Positions 40,668 to 49,993 of a stretch of DNA of 64,000 bases are shown here, piece after piece (position 1 is the stretch's first letter; each line of letters begins with the position of its first letter). Source of the stretch: Candidatus Microgenomatus sp. (GTDB lineage: Bacteria; Patescibacteriota; Microgenomatia; UBA8517); contig DYGS01000001.1 of the NCBI GenBank assembly GCA_020724585.1, positions 66,893 to 130,892 of the forward strand, written 5' to 3'. The position numbers and the translations under genes are program-made. The notes under the pieces were generated by a model. That model saw only the letters and a list, made by a program, of their open reading frames with translations, made no database searches and had not been told where the DNA came from.

Positions 40668-41263
40668 TCACAAGAGATTTCTATCTAACAGGTGGTACTG
40701 CATTATCATATTTTTATTTCAAGCATCGTTTTTCTGAAGACCTTGATTTTTTTTGTCAAAAAGAGATTAGTTCAAAGGCTCTATTAACTTCAATCTCAAA
40801 AATCGGTGATTTGGTTAAACCAAAAAAGATAGAAATGCAAAGTCTAAATAAACAGGAAATATTTTATTTTTATTTTGGAAGTAAAAGCTTTGTAAAACTT
40901 GATTTTGCCCATTTCCCTTTTGACACTCTAGGTAAATTTGTGAAGTTTAACAACTTAAGTATTACATCCGTTGAAGATATCACTATAAATAAGGTTCATG
41001 CGTTAATAAATAGAAAAAGAGCAAGAGATTACTTTGATCTATGTTTATGTATGAAAAAATTAAAATGGGACGGTTATGATTTAATAAAGAATTACAGATT
41101 AAAATTTGAAATAAATCTACCTATTGAGCAGTTAGCAACAAATTTTATAAATGTACTAGATGCAGAAGATTTACCTATTTTTGTAAAAAAGGAAGACTTT
41201 AATAAAACTAGAGAGTTTTTCTTAAAAGAAGCGGACAAATTAAAGAAAGATATCATCTCATGA
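40601..41263 (+). CDS. AbiEii/AbiGii-family nucleotidyltransferase toxin
   Basis: FYLTGGTALS..HRFSEDLDFF, NK..A...R.RARDYFDL. Confidence 0.88.
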   Translation: MGKNLLTPKQKQLLGLISEDKIITRDFYLTGGTALSYFYFKHRFSEDLDFFCQKEISSKALLTSISKIGDLVKPKKIEMQSLNKQEIFYFYFGSKSFVKLDFAHFPFDTLGKFVKFNNLSITSVEDITINKVHALINRKRARDYFDLCLCMKKLKWDGYDLIKNYRLKFEINLPIEQLATNFINVLDAEDLPIFVKKEDFNKTREFFLKEADKLKKDIIS

Positions 41264-41274
41264 ATCAAAAAAAA

Positions 41275-41311
41275 TGACGGTACACAAAAATTGGAAAGTG
41301 CTAAAATATAA
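41275..41311 (+). repeat. Right copy of the direct repeat (displaced rmuC tail)
   Basis: TGACGGTACACAAAAATTGGAAAGTGCTAAAATATAA; reads DGTQKLESAKI* versus rmuC DGTQKLESGK*. Confidence 0.85.
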
Positions 41312-41316
41312 CAAAG

Positions 41317-41643
41317 ATGGACGAATTACTTTTAGTATATACAACTTGGGAGTCAGAAGAACAGGTAAAGGAAGCTGGCAAAAAGCTTCTTGAAAGAAGA
41401 GTTTGTGGATGTGTAAATATTTATCCCAATATGACACCTATGTTTTGGTGGCCTCCTAAAGAAAATAAAATTGATGAATCTAAAGAAGTGGTCATGATTA
41501 TAAAAACCTTAAAAAGTAAATATGATGAGTTGGAAAAAGCAATTTACGGTTTAGAGATGTTGGAAGTGCCGTGTATAATCGCAATTCCGACACATAAAGT
41601 TAATAAAGATTATTTTGATTGGATAAAAGGGGAGATAATATGA
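41317..41643 (+). CDS. cutA: Divalent cation tolerance protein CutA
   Basis: LLERRVCGCVNI, KT, EVPCIIAIP, YFDWI. Confidence 0.9.
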   Translation: MDELLLVYTTWESEEQVKEAGKKLLERRVCGCVNIYPNMTPMFWWPPKENKIDESKEVVMIIKTLKSKYDELEKAIYGLEMLEVPCIIAIPTHKVNKDYFDWIKGEII

Positions 41644-41701
41644 AAGTAATTTTGGTTGGAAACAGATATCAAAAAATTAAAAATGATTTAGTGCTACTTC
41701 A

Positions 41702-41840
41702 TTATAGCAGAACCCAAGAAAACCCCGTGCGTTAGCCCGTGGGATGAATTGACAATTTTTAATAAAAAACTGGTTATTCTTTCTGATATGTCATCCCCCT
41801 TTACGGGATACCCCGCTCGTAAGAGCGGGGAGGATGTCAT
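41702..41840 (-). mobile_element. Non-autonomous IS200/IS605-end-like double-hairpin element, copy 2
   Basis: CCCCGCTC-gtaa-GAGCGGGG at 41811-41830 and CAAGAAAACCCCGTGC..GCCCGTGGGATGAATTGA; inverted homologue of 29757-29868. Confidence 0.65.
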
Positions 41841-41918
41841 AAAGTTGTTAGGTAAAAAATTTGACACAATATAAAGTTTCTTGGTAAGGTTGTTAATATC
41901 AAGAAAGGGGGTGATTGT

Positions 41919-42440
41919 ATGTTATCAGCAGTAGTAGAAGAATTGAAAAACACCTTGGTTGCTACAATTCAAGGAACCGATGATGTTTTAACTGCACTTA
42001 GAACCGCAGTCAAAAATCAAGTGGTAGGAGTACTCAAGAACGCCTCAGATGTAGTTGAAGCCGCTGTTGTTTCCGTCCAAAGTACAGGAACATCTGTTGT
42101 TGTTGCTGCAAGAGAAGCCACCACTGCCGCAGTTAAGGCTGTTGGAGAAACAGGTGGTGATGTCTTAAAGACTGGCGCAGAAGCGGTTTCCGGTGCTGTT
42201 AAAGGTGCTGGAGATGTTGGCGCTGATGTTGGTCAGGTTGCAGTTTCTGCAGTTGAAGGGGTAGTTTCAACCCTTACAGAACTAGGTAAAGATGTAACTG
42301 AGGGAACAAGGGAAGCGTTGGTTAGTGCAGTTAAAGCCGCAGACGAATTGGGCGCAGAAGCAGGTTCATCTGTTAGAAACGCGTTATTATCAGCAGCTTC
42401 ACTTCCTAAAGATTTAGTTAATTCAGTATTAGGTAAGTGA
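41919..42440 (+). CDS. Ala/Val/Gly-rich protein with five 22-aa amphipathic repeats
   Basis: TTGACA at 41861, SD-like AAAGGGGGTG, repeats such as AVKGAGDVGADVGQVAVSAVEG. Confidence 0.8.
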   Translation: MLSAVVEELKNTLVATIQGTDDVLTALRTAVKNQVVGVLKNASDVVEAAVVSVQSTGTSVVVAAREATTAAVKAVGETGGDVLKTGAEAVSGAVKGAGDVGADVGQVAVSAVEGVVSTLTELGKDVTEGTREALVSAVKAADELGAEAGSSVRNALLSAASLPKDLVNSVLGK

Positions 42441-42445
42441 TATAG

Positions 42446-42488
42446 ACAAAATCAAAGACGGATGGATTTTCTTTCGTCTTGATTTTGT
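42446..42488. terminator. Stem-loop, probable terminator
   Basis: ACAAAATCAAAGACG...CGTCTTGATTTTGT inverted repeat just after the stop at 42440. Confidence 0.55.
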
Positions 42489-42495
42489 TGGTTAA

Positions 42496-45333
42496 ATGTC
42501 ATATTGTGGTGATTATATTCCTCTTGTGAAAAAAAAATTAAACAAAGAGCAACTTCAGGCAATTAGACACAAAAGTGGGCCATTATTAATTATTGCAGGG
42601 GCTGGGACGGGCAAGACTACAGTTATAACAGAGCGGATTAAGTATTTAATTTCTAAAGGCTTAGCAAGACCCGAGGAAATATTGGCTCTAACTTTTACAG
42701 AAAAGGCTGCGGTTGAAATGGAAACAAGAGTCGACGAGATAATGCCTCTATCATATGGCGATATCTGGATTACAACATTCCATTCCTTTTGCGATCGTGT
42801 TTTGCGTGAATCTGGCTTACATATAGGCATACCAACAAACTACAAGCTAATGACTAAGGAAAAAAGCATTGATTTGTTTAAAAAAAACTTATTTAATTTT
42901 TCCTTAAACTATTTTAGGCCATTGGGAAATCCCAATAAGTTTATAGATTCCTTACTTACACATTTTTCAAGATTGCAGGATGAACTAATATCTTCAGTTG
43001 ACTACATCAACTGGTGCAAAAAACTTAAAAACTCAAAAACTCAAAAACTCAGTGAGGAAGAAAAGTTAGAAAAAGAAAAATGGGAGGAACTGGCAACTGT
43101 TTATAAAGAATATAACGATTTAAAACTTAAAGAAGCAAAATTTGATTTTGGAGATTTGATTATAAAGACAGTTGAATTATTTAAGATAAGACCCAATGTT
43201 CTAAATCTGTATCAAAAAAAGTTTAAGTATGTTTTAGTAGACGAGTTTCAAGATACAAACTTTGGCCAAAACGAGTTGGTCACTTTACTTGTTCAGAAAT
43301 CTAAAAATATCACGGTAGTCGGGGATGATAATCAGTCAATTTACCGCTTTAGAGGTGCAGCAATCAGTAATATCCTACAGTTTACTAAAGTCTATCCCGA
43401 GGCCAAACTAATCACACTATATAAAAACTATAGATCAACACAGAGAATATTGGATAGTGCCTACAAACTTATAAAACATAATGATCCCGATACTTTGGAG
43501 GCAAGACTAGGAATAAATAAAAAGTTAAAAGCTGTAAGCCGTAAGGTCTCTGGTATAGAGAATCTATCTTTTCAGACCGGTGAGGGAGAAGCAGAATATG
43601 TTAGTAATAAAATAACTGAGTTAGTTAAAAAATACAAATATAACTACTTTGATTTTGCGGTACTAGTTCGCGCCAATAACCATGCAGACAGTTTTATAAG
43701 AGAATTTGAAAGAAAGGGGATCTCTCATCAATTTCTAGGGCCCAGTAAATTATTTGAAAAAGAAGAAATAGTTGATCTAATTTCTTACTTGAAAAGTTTA
43801 TATGATCCCGAAGATAACGAAAGTTTTTATAGACTAATTTCCTCCAAATTTTTAAAAATTGATCCTTTGAAACTTATAAAAATTGCAGGAGAGGCAAAAA
43901 GAAAAAGCACCTCGATTTATGAACTTTTCAAAGAAAATGCATTACATAAAAAACTACTGGAGATTTTTGATAGACACCTGCTAACTTTACACAATAAAGG
44001 GGCGGGTGAGATTTTATATGAATATTTGGTTGAAATGGGTATCTATGAAATCATTTTGATAAAAGAAGAAGACATAAAAGCTAAAAATATCTCTAACTTT
44101 TTTCAGAAGGTAAAAACTTTTGAAAATGAAAACCCAAAGGCAAAGCTCCGCGAGGTTGTTGATTATATTAATTTACTTAATGAAGTTGGGGAATCCCCAA
44201 GTGTTAATGATAGCCCTTGGCTGGAAAATAATGCGGTAAATGTATTAACGATACATTCAAGTAAAGGGCTTGAATTCCCCGTTGTCTTCATGGTCAATCT
44301 CGTTTCAGACAGATTTCCTAGCAGAAATAGAAACGATGATATTCCAATCCCCGATGAGTTAATAAAAGAAGAATTGCCAGTGGGGGATTTTCATCTACAG
44401 GAAGAAAGAAGGCTTTTTTATGTTGGCATGACAAGGGCAAAGGAAAGACTTTATTTAACAGCCGCGGATTATTACGGAGATGGAGTAAGACAGAAAAAAA
44501 TAAGTCCGTTCGTTACAGAAGCTCTTGGAGAAACAGCTATAAGTCATATGCCATATGCTATAAGCAAGAACAACTTAGAGGTGAATAAACCACCCATAAA
44601 GCCTAAAGCATATAGCATAAAGCCAAAGATAGAATATCTTTCTGTAAGTCAAATTGAAACATTTGAAACTTGTCCGCTTCATTACAAACTAAAATATATA
44701 TATAATCTTCCAACACCAAAAACAGCCTCTATTTCGTTTGGAATATCAATACATGAAACATTAAGGGAATTTTACAAGAATGACGGAAACCTCTTAGAAA
44801 TTTTTCATAAATATTTTATGAGTGAAGGTTACGAAAACAAAAAACATAAAGAATTATTTTTTAATAAAGGCAAAGAATATTTATTGGGGTTTTTAAAAAA
44901 TGGATATGATCCAAAAATCAAAACCATTGAGCTTGAAAAAAAGTTTACAATCAAACTAACTGATGATTTGAAAATAGGCGGAACTATTGACAGGATTGAT
45001 CAAATATCAAAAGGGAATTATGAAATAATAGACTACAAAACTGGGGCTAATATTCCTACACAAAAAGAGGTGGATAAAGATTTGCAGTTGTCAGTTTATT
45101 GTATGGCCGTTAGTAAATTGTATGATGTAGATCCAGAAAACATAAAACTGTCGTTATATTATCTGGATACTCAGGAAAAACTGACTACCTATAGATCAGA
45201 AGAACAACTCATGGAGGTTAAAGAAAAAATATTGGAAATTAGAAAAGAAATAGAAAACAGCGACTTTAAATGCAACAATTCATATTTTTGTCAAAAGGGT
45301 TGTGAGTTTAAAATGTTTTGTGGTAAAGACTAA
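42496..45333 (+). CDS. UvrD/PcrA-like helicase fused to a PD-(D/E)XK nuclease with four Cys (AdnAB/AddB-like); true start may be GTG 42526
   Basis: AGAGTGKT, VDEFQD, KGLEF, EERRLFYVGMTRA; CPLHY, GTIDRID, DYKTG, LQLSVY, C..C..C at the end. Confidence 0.88.
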   Translation: MSYCGDYIPLVKKKLNKEQLQAIRHKSGPLLIIAGAGTGKTTVITERIKYLISKGLARPEEILALTFTEKAAVEMETRVDEIMPLSYGDIWITTFHSFCDRVLRESGLHIGIPTNYKLMTKEKSIDLFKKNLFNFSLNYFRPLGNPNKFIDSLLTHFSRLQDELISSVDYINWCKKLKNSKTQKLSEEEKLEKEKWEELATVYKEYNDLKLKEAKFDFGDLIIKTVELFKIRPNVLNLYQKKFKYVLVDEFQDTNFGQNELVTLLVQKSKNITVVGDDNQSIYRFRGAAISNILQFTKVYPEAKLITLYKNYRSTQRILDSAYKLIKHNDPDTLEARLGINKKLKAVSRKVSGIENLSFQTGEGEAEYVSNKITELVKKYKYNYFDFAVLVRANNHADSFIREFERKGISHQFLGPSKLFEKEEIVDLISYLKSLYDPEDNESFYRLISSKFLKIDPLKLIKIAGEAKRKSTSIYELFKENALHKKLLEIFDRHLLTLHNKGAGEILYEYLVEMGIYEIILIKEEDIKAKNISNFFQKVKTFENENPKAKLREVVDYINLLNEVGESPSVNDSPWLENNAVNVLTIHSSKGLEFPVVFMVNLVSDRFPSRNRNDDIPIPDELIKEELPVGDFHLQEERRLFYVGMTRAKERLYLTAADYYGDGVRQKKISPFVTEALGETAISHMPYAISKNNLEVNKPPIKPKAYSIKPKIEYLSVSQIETFETCPLHYKLKYIYNLPTPKTASISFGISIHETLREFYKNDGNLLEIFHKYFMSEGYENKKHKELFFNKGKEYLLGFLKNGYDPKIKTIELEKKFTIKLTDDLKIGGTIDRIDQISKGNYEIIDYKTGANIPTQKEVDKDLQLSVYCMAVSKLYDVDPENIKLSLYYLDTQEKLTTYRSEEQLMEVKEKILEIRKEIENSDFKCNNSYFCQKGCEFKMFCGKD

Positions 45334-46196
45334 AAGGGTAACCTAAATTTAGTGTAACATCCGGGGTAGAGGACTTCAGATCCACCAAATTGTTTTTTGA
45401 AGTGGGTGAATCCAAGCCAAGATTTAATAGGGAAGCGGTCATCATAAATTCCTTCCATATCAAAAATTTTACAACCCATCTTTTTACCCCATAGTATACC
45501 TTGATAGAGGAGGGCGTACTGGGAGAGGGAAGTGCGACCTTCTTTGTTTGTAAAACCATACATATAATATGTAGCAAAATTTTGATTTTCGTGTGAAGAA
45601 ATCGTGAAAAGCGCTCCTCCTATAATATTGCCAAAGATATTGTGCGACGCAAGGAATATTGATGTATTGTTCGGGAAGCTTTTCTTCAAATTTAAAAATG
45701 TCTTAAGGCTTGGCACATATCGATTAAATTTTGCAGACCTTTTCCATGCATCATGAAATATTTTAATTTCTTGTGGAGTAGAATGTTCTTTTATTTTTTG
45801 CTTCTCCCCCCTTTTAATGCTGTACCTTGCTGACTTAGTAAAATTACGGAAAATCTGTTCTTTGGTTTGTGTTAAGTTGATTTGTATTGTTTTTGAAGGT
45901 AAATATGGACTTTTTGAGAGTTTATAATCATATTGCATACAGCTTACGGCTTGAAGCTGGTTAGCAGGCTCAATAATAATCTGAAATGGTTTGTATCGAT
46001 GTATTAATACATCGATACCGTCCCAGTCTAGTTTTTGAGGTCGTTGAATTTTTAAAATAGAACCCAGCAGAGGTATTTTTTTAACAAAATAATTAATATT
46101 GTCTATTCTTTCCACAATCCAACCTTGAGATTTTAGATATTTTGCATAACTTACCGTCTGCCTAATATCAGGAAGACTTTGTTTATTTGAGCTCAT
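45330..46196 (-). CDS. FemABX-like peptidoglycan bridge aminoacyltransferase
   Basis: RYSIKRG, FDMEG, GFTHFKKQFGG. Confidence 0.8.
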   Translation of the reverse strand: MSSNKQSLPDIRQTVSYAKYLKSQGWIVERIDNINYFVKKIPLLGSILKIQRPQKLDWDGIDVLIHRYKPFQIIIEPANQLQAVSCMQYDYKLSKSPYLPSKTIQINLTQTKEQIFRNFTKSARYSIKRGEKQKIKEHSTPQEIKIFHDAWKRSAKFNRYVPSLKTFLNLKKSFPNNTSIFLASHNIFGNIIGGALFTISSHENQNFATYYMYGFTNKEGRTSLSQYALLYQGILWGKKMGCKIFDMEGIYDDRFPIKSWLGFTHFKKQFGGSEVLYPGCYTKFRLPF

Positions 46197-47161
46197 TTCT
46201 TAAGACGAAGTATAAACCATCTGATTTTTTCTGCAAACCTATACAAATAATATAACGGCTTATTAATTACTAAATCCCAACTACCTATAAACTCAACAAC
46301 TTCTGGATTATAACCTTCCTTAAACCTTGTAAATCCTTTGCCTTCCTCTCTCCCCCATAAATCAAAAGTTTTTAATTTTAATTTTTTCCCAAACTTAATA
46401 GCTTCCCACATCATAAGATTATTAGCCATTACTTCTTTATATTTGTCAGTAGATGCTCCATATGGATAGTACAAAAATCCATCATGTGCGAAAAGAACCC
46501 AAGTGCTTATTATTTCACTTTTATCGGCTTTGCCGGCCAAGCTTGGCTTATACTTTGCAACCAACAGGTTTGCTATTGGAGTTTTTGATTTTTTGAATTT
46601 TTGAGTTTTATTCAAATATTTCCACATCAATCTGTGGTATTTGGGGGTGTGTGAGTAAAACCCTTGTCTTTTGTTTGTTTCTGCTGTTAATTCTAGGTAT
46701 TTCTCAAATGCTTTGTCACTATTATCAATTTCAACTTTAACACCATGCTTTTGAGCAAGTCGAATATTGTACCTAGTTTTACTAGAGAAAGATTTCAAAA
46801 GTTCTTCTTCACTTTTAGTTAAATCAATCCAAAATGTAGTGGGGGTAAAAAAAGGTTTTCCGGCAACAAAATATTTTTGAATTTTTTTCCATTCACCATG
46901 TTTTTTACTACCAGATACTATATTGGGCTCAAACTTTATAAAGATTGCGTCATGTTTTTTGCCTATATTTCGAAATAAATCAGGTTCTGAATCTGTAATT
47001 GGGTCGCACTTTAGGCAAGTTCCAATTGTAAAATTAGTGTGAGGGATTTTACTAAAGATAACTAATTTGCCTTTTACAAATTCGATTTCATTCCCCCACT
47101 CTTTTCTAAACTCCGCCCAAGCCTTAGTTTGTAATGGATGAGTCATATGATATTTTATCAT
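46193..47161 (-). CDS. FemABX-like peptidoglycan bridge aminoacyltransferase
   Basis: HPLQTKAW, KTRYNIRLA, YPYGAS, FDLWG, GFTRFKEGY. Confidence 0.88.
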   Translation of the reverse strand: MIKYHMTHPLQTKAWAEFRKEWGNEIEFVKGKLVIFSKIPHTNFTIGTCLKCDPITDSEPDLFRNIGKKHDAIFIKFEPNIVSGSKKHGEWKKIQKYFVAGKPFFTPTTFWIDLTKSEEELLKSFSSKTRYNIRLAQKHGVKVEIDNSDKAFEKYLELTAETNKRQGFYSHTPKYHRLMWKYLNKTQKFKKSKTPIANLLVAKYKPSLAGKADKSEIISTWVLFAHDGFLYYPYGASTDKYKEVMANNLMMWEAIKFGKKLKLKTFDLWGREEGKGFTRFKEGYNPEVVEFIGSWDLVINKPLYYLYRFAEKIRWFILRLKK

Positions 47162-49032
47162 TTCAGATACTTATCCAAAATATCATCAAAGCCAAAATTA
47201 TCACTCTTGTTTTTTGGATTATAATCATCAAATTCATCAAAAGTTTTTGAAATACTACCATCAAGTAAGCTCTCAGGTATTTCTGAAAGGAACCTACTTG
47301 GGGTATTACTTTGAGACTGTCCATATATTAATCTTCTTGTTGCATAACTTAAATAGAGTTTTTGCTTGGCTCTTGTAATTCCTACATACATTAATCTTCT
47401 TTCTTCTTCCAACTGGTCTTTTTCCCAAAGACTTCTTGAGTGTGGAAATATCCCTTCCTCAAGGCCGACTATAAAAACCACTGGAAACTCTAAACCTTTT
47501 GCACTGTGTAGTGTCATAAGCGTAACATTGTTTGATTGTTGTGAATTTTGTGTTGCAGGCTGATTTTCTACCAAAGATACTTGTTCTAAAAATTCCAAGA
47601 TGTTGGGAAAAGATAATGCAACCGATCTCAATTCTTTTATATTTTCAAGCCTCGAAGCGTCTTCGGGATCAGTTTCTTTAAATTTCAAAATATATTCAGT
47701 GGTTGAAACTACAAGATCCATTATTTCAAGGGTTGTCATTTTTTCAACATCAATATTTAAACTTTCAAATTTTTCAAATCTTCTTTTGCCCAATGCTAGC
47801 GCTCTTTTTTTAGAGACGACATCTTTTTTATTTGCTATAAGTCTTAAATATGAAAGAATGTCTTTAATTTCTTTTCTGTCATAAAATCTCGTGCCCCCAA
47901 CTAAGACATAAGGTATTCCCTGGTGAATTAAAGCCTCTTCCAATACACGAGACTGGGCGTTTGTTCTATATAAAACCGCAATATCAGACAAAGTGATTTG
48001 TGGTGGATAGTTAGCGATTAGCGATTTGATTTCGTTTGTCACAAATTCAGCTTCATCAAAGCCGTTTTTGGCACTATATAAAGATATTTTCTCCCCCCCA
48101 TTTTTGTCTGTCCAAAGCTTTAATACGGGGTGACTGCTATTGTTTGAAATAACAAAATTTGCCGCCTCAAGTATGTTTTGCGTACTTCTATAGTTTTGCT
48201 CCAAATTAATAACTTTTATATTTGGATAATCTTTTATCAAATAATTTATATTTCTAAAATCAGCGCCGCGCCAACTGTAAATTGATTGACTCGCGTCGCC
48301 CACGGCTGTTAAAAGACCCCTCTTACTATCAAGAAGTTTGACTAGGTTATATTGAATTTTATTTGTGTCCTGCCATTCGTCTACAAATATGTGTTTTATT
48401 ATATTTTGCCATTTTTCTAAAACATCTTTATTTTTAAAAAGTTCCAAGACCTTAATCATCAGATCGTCAAAATCTAGGGCATTAATTTCCTTTAATCGTT
48501 TTTGATATTCTCTATAGACTCTTGAAACAACTTTCCCAAAATCGCCATGAGCAATTTCTTCATAAAAAGTTGGGTCTAGCATTTGGTTTTTAGCTTCACT
48601 AATTGAATATAGAATTGAATTGGGCCTAAAATTATCAGGTATATTTAAATCGTTACAAATGTCTTTGACTAAATCTTTTTGATCATTATCGTCATATATT
48701 AAAAAGTTTGTATCAATTCCAATTGCATTTCCATCAATTCGTAGTATTTTTGCACAAAAACTATGAAATGTGCCAGCAAAGGCTAATTTCTGATTATTGT
48801 CATCAAGAAGCCTTGATATTCTTTCCTTCATTTCATTTGCGGCCTTGTTGGTAAATGTTAGAAGTAAACAATTCTGCGCCTCAACTACATTTTCTTTTAT
48901 TAAATATGCGACTCTATGGGTTAAAACTTTAGTTTTTCCTGATCCCGCACCGGCTAAAACCAAAAGCGGATTTCCACCATCCGGTGAATAATATTCCACT
49001 GCTTCTCGTTGTTGCTTGTTCAAATCATCCAT
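47158..49032 (-). CDS. pcrA: ATP-dependent DNA helicase PcrA/UvrD
   Basis: LNKQQ, AGAGSGKT, DEWQD, YRTNAQSR, KGLEF, EERRL. Start placed at ATG 49032. Confidence 0.93.
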   Translation of the reverse strand: MDDLNKQQREAVEYYSPDGGNPLLVLAGAGSGKTKVLTHRVAYLIKENVVEAQNCLLLTFTNKAANEMKERISRLLDDNNQKLAFAGTFHSFCAKILRIDGNAIGIDTNFLIYDDNDQKDLVKDICNDLNIPDNFRPNSILYSISEAKNQMLDPTFYEEIAHGDFGKVVSRVYREYQKRLKEINALDFDDLMIKVLELFKNKDVLEKWQNIIKHIFVDEWQDTNKIQYNLVKLLDSKRGLLTAVGDASQSIYSWRGADFRNINYLIKDYPNIKVINLEQNYRSTQNILEAANFVISNNSSHPVLKLWTDKNGGEKISLYSAKNGFDEAEFVTNEIKSLIANYPPQITLSDIAVLYRTNAQSRVLEEALIHQGIPYVLVGGTRFYDRKEIKDILSYLRLIANKKDVVSKKRALALGKRRFEKFESLNIDVEKMTTLEIMDLVVSTTEYILKFKETDPEDASRLENIKELRSVALSFPNILEFLEQVSLVENQPATQNSQQSNNVTLMTLHSAKGLEFPVVFIVGLEEGIFPHSRSLWEKDQLEEERRLMYVGITRAKQKLYLSYATRRLIYGQSQSNTPSRFLSEIPESLLDGSISKTFDEFDDYNPKNKSDNFGFDDILDKYLK

Positions 49033-49071
49033 AATCTTGTTTATATACCCTAAAGCAAATACAATAGTAGC

Positions 49072-49989
49072 ATGAGAATTATTAAATTTGTTTTGCTGTT
49101 TTTGTTGCTGCTTTTTCTTTTTTTGACAACAAGCGCGGTAGTTGCCTATATAAAGATCCCTGATCTTAAAGAAAATCAGGCAATTTTGATTTTGGGAAAG
49201 GGAGGTGAAGGACATACTGCCTCGGATTTAACTGATGTTATAATGCTTGCTTACTTAAATAAAAATAAAAATAGGATAAGCGTGATTTCAATTCCTCGGG
49301 ATATCTGGATTTTTGAAACCAGAGCAAAAATAAATGCGAGTTATTATTATGGAGGTTTTAAAATGGTTAGTAAGAGTATTAAGTCGATTACAAATATTGA
49401 GATATCAAATGTTATAGTGATTGATTTTGATTTTTTTAAGGAGTTTATTGATGCCATTGGTGGGATTGAGGTTGTGGTTGAAAATTCGTTTGTTGACCAA
49501 AAGTTTCCCATTCCTGGCCGCGAAAACGATTTGTGCGGCGGGGATAGAACATTTGCCTGCAGGTATGAGACTCTTCAATTTCTTAAGGGTAAGCAACTGA
49601 TGAATGGTGAGACGGCTCTTAAGTTTGTAAGGAGTAGGAATGCTAAGGGAGACGAAGGTACAGATCTGGCAAGAGAAAAAAGACAACAGAAAGTTGTTGA
49701 CGCGATAAAAAAGAAACTTACCTTCCCGCAGATATTGACAAGTCCTATGGTTATTAAAAATATATATAGTGTCCTTTCTAACAATTTGAAAACAGATCTA
49801 GACAAAAACAAAGCGATGGTTATTTTGAAATACCTGGCCGGATCGAAGCCAAATATTTCATATCTTAATTTTCCTCAAGAATTGATTACTGCCTCAATCA
49901 ACAATAAAAAATATGACTATCAATATGTTTTTATTCCAAAAGATGGATCTTGGGAGCCGCTTCAACAATGGTTTATGAGTAACTTTTAG
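49072..49989 (+). CDS. LCP (LytR-CpsA-Psr) family protein
   Basis: TDVIML, SIPRD, ALKFVRSR, DLAREKRQQ. Confidence 0.9.
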   Translation: MRIIKFVLLFLLLLFLFLTTSAVVAYIKIPDLKENQAILILGKGGEGHTASDLTDVIMLAYLNKNKNRISVISIPRDIWIFETRAKINASYYYGGFKMVSKSIKSITNIEISNVIVIDFDFFKEFIDAIGGIEVVVENSFVDQKFPIPGRENDLCGGDRTFACRYETLQFLKGKQLMNGETALKFVRSRNAKGDEGTDLAREKRQQKVVDAIKKKLTFPQILTSPMVIKNIYSVLSNNLKTDLDKNKAMVILKYLAGSKPNISYLNFPQELITASINNKKYDYQYVFIPKDGSWEPLQQWFMSNF

Positions 49990-49993
49990 ATTT

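Noticed and set aside
41296-41304. CIRCE half-site (AAGTGCTAA) before cutA
   Set aside because: No convincing left arm; it is part of the duplicated rmuC tail.
49033-49215. N-terminal extension of pcrA in the ORF track
   Set aside because: It overlaps the divergent LCP gene; the helicase begins at MDDLNKQQ.
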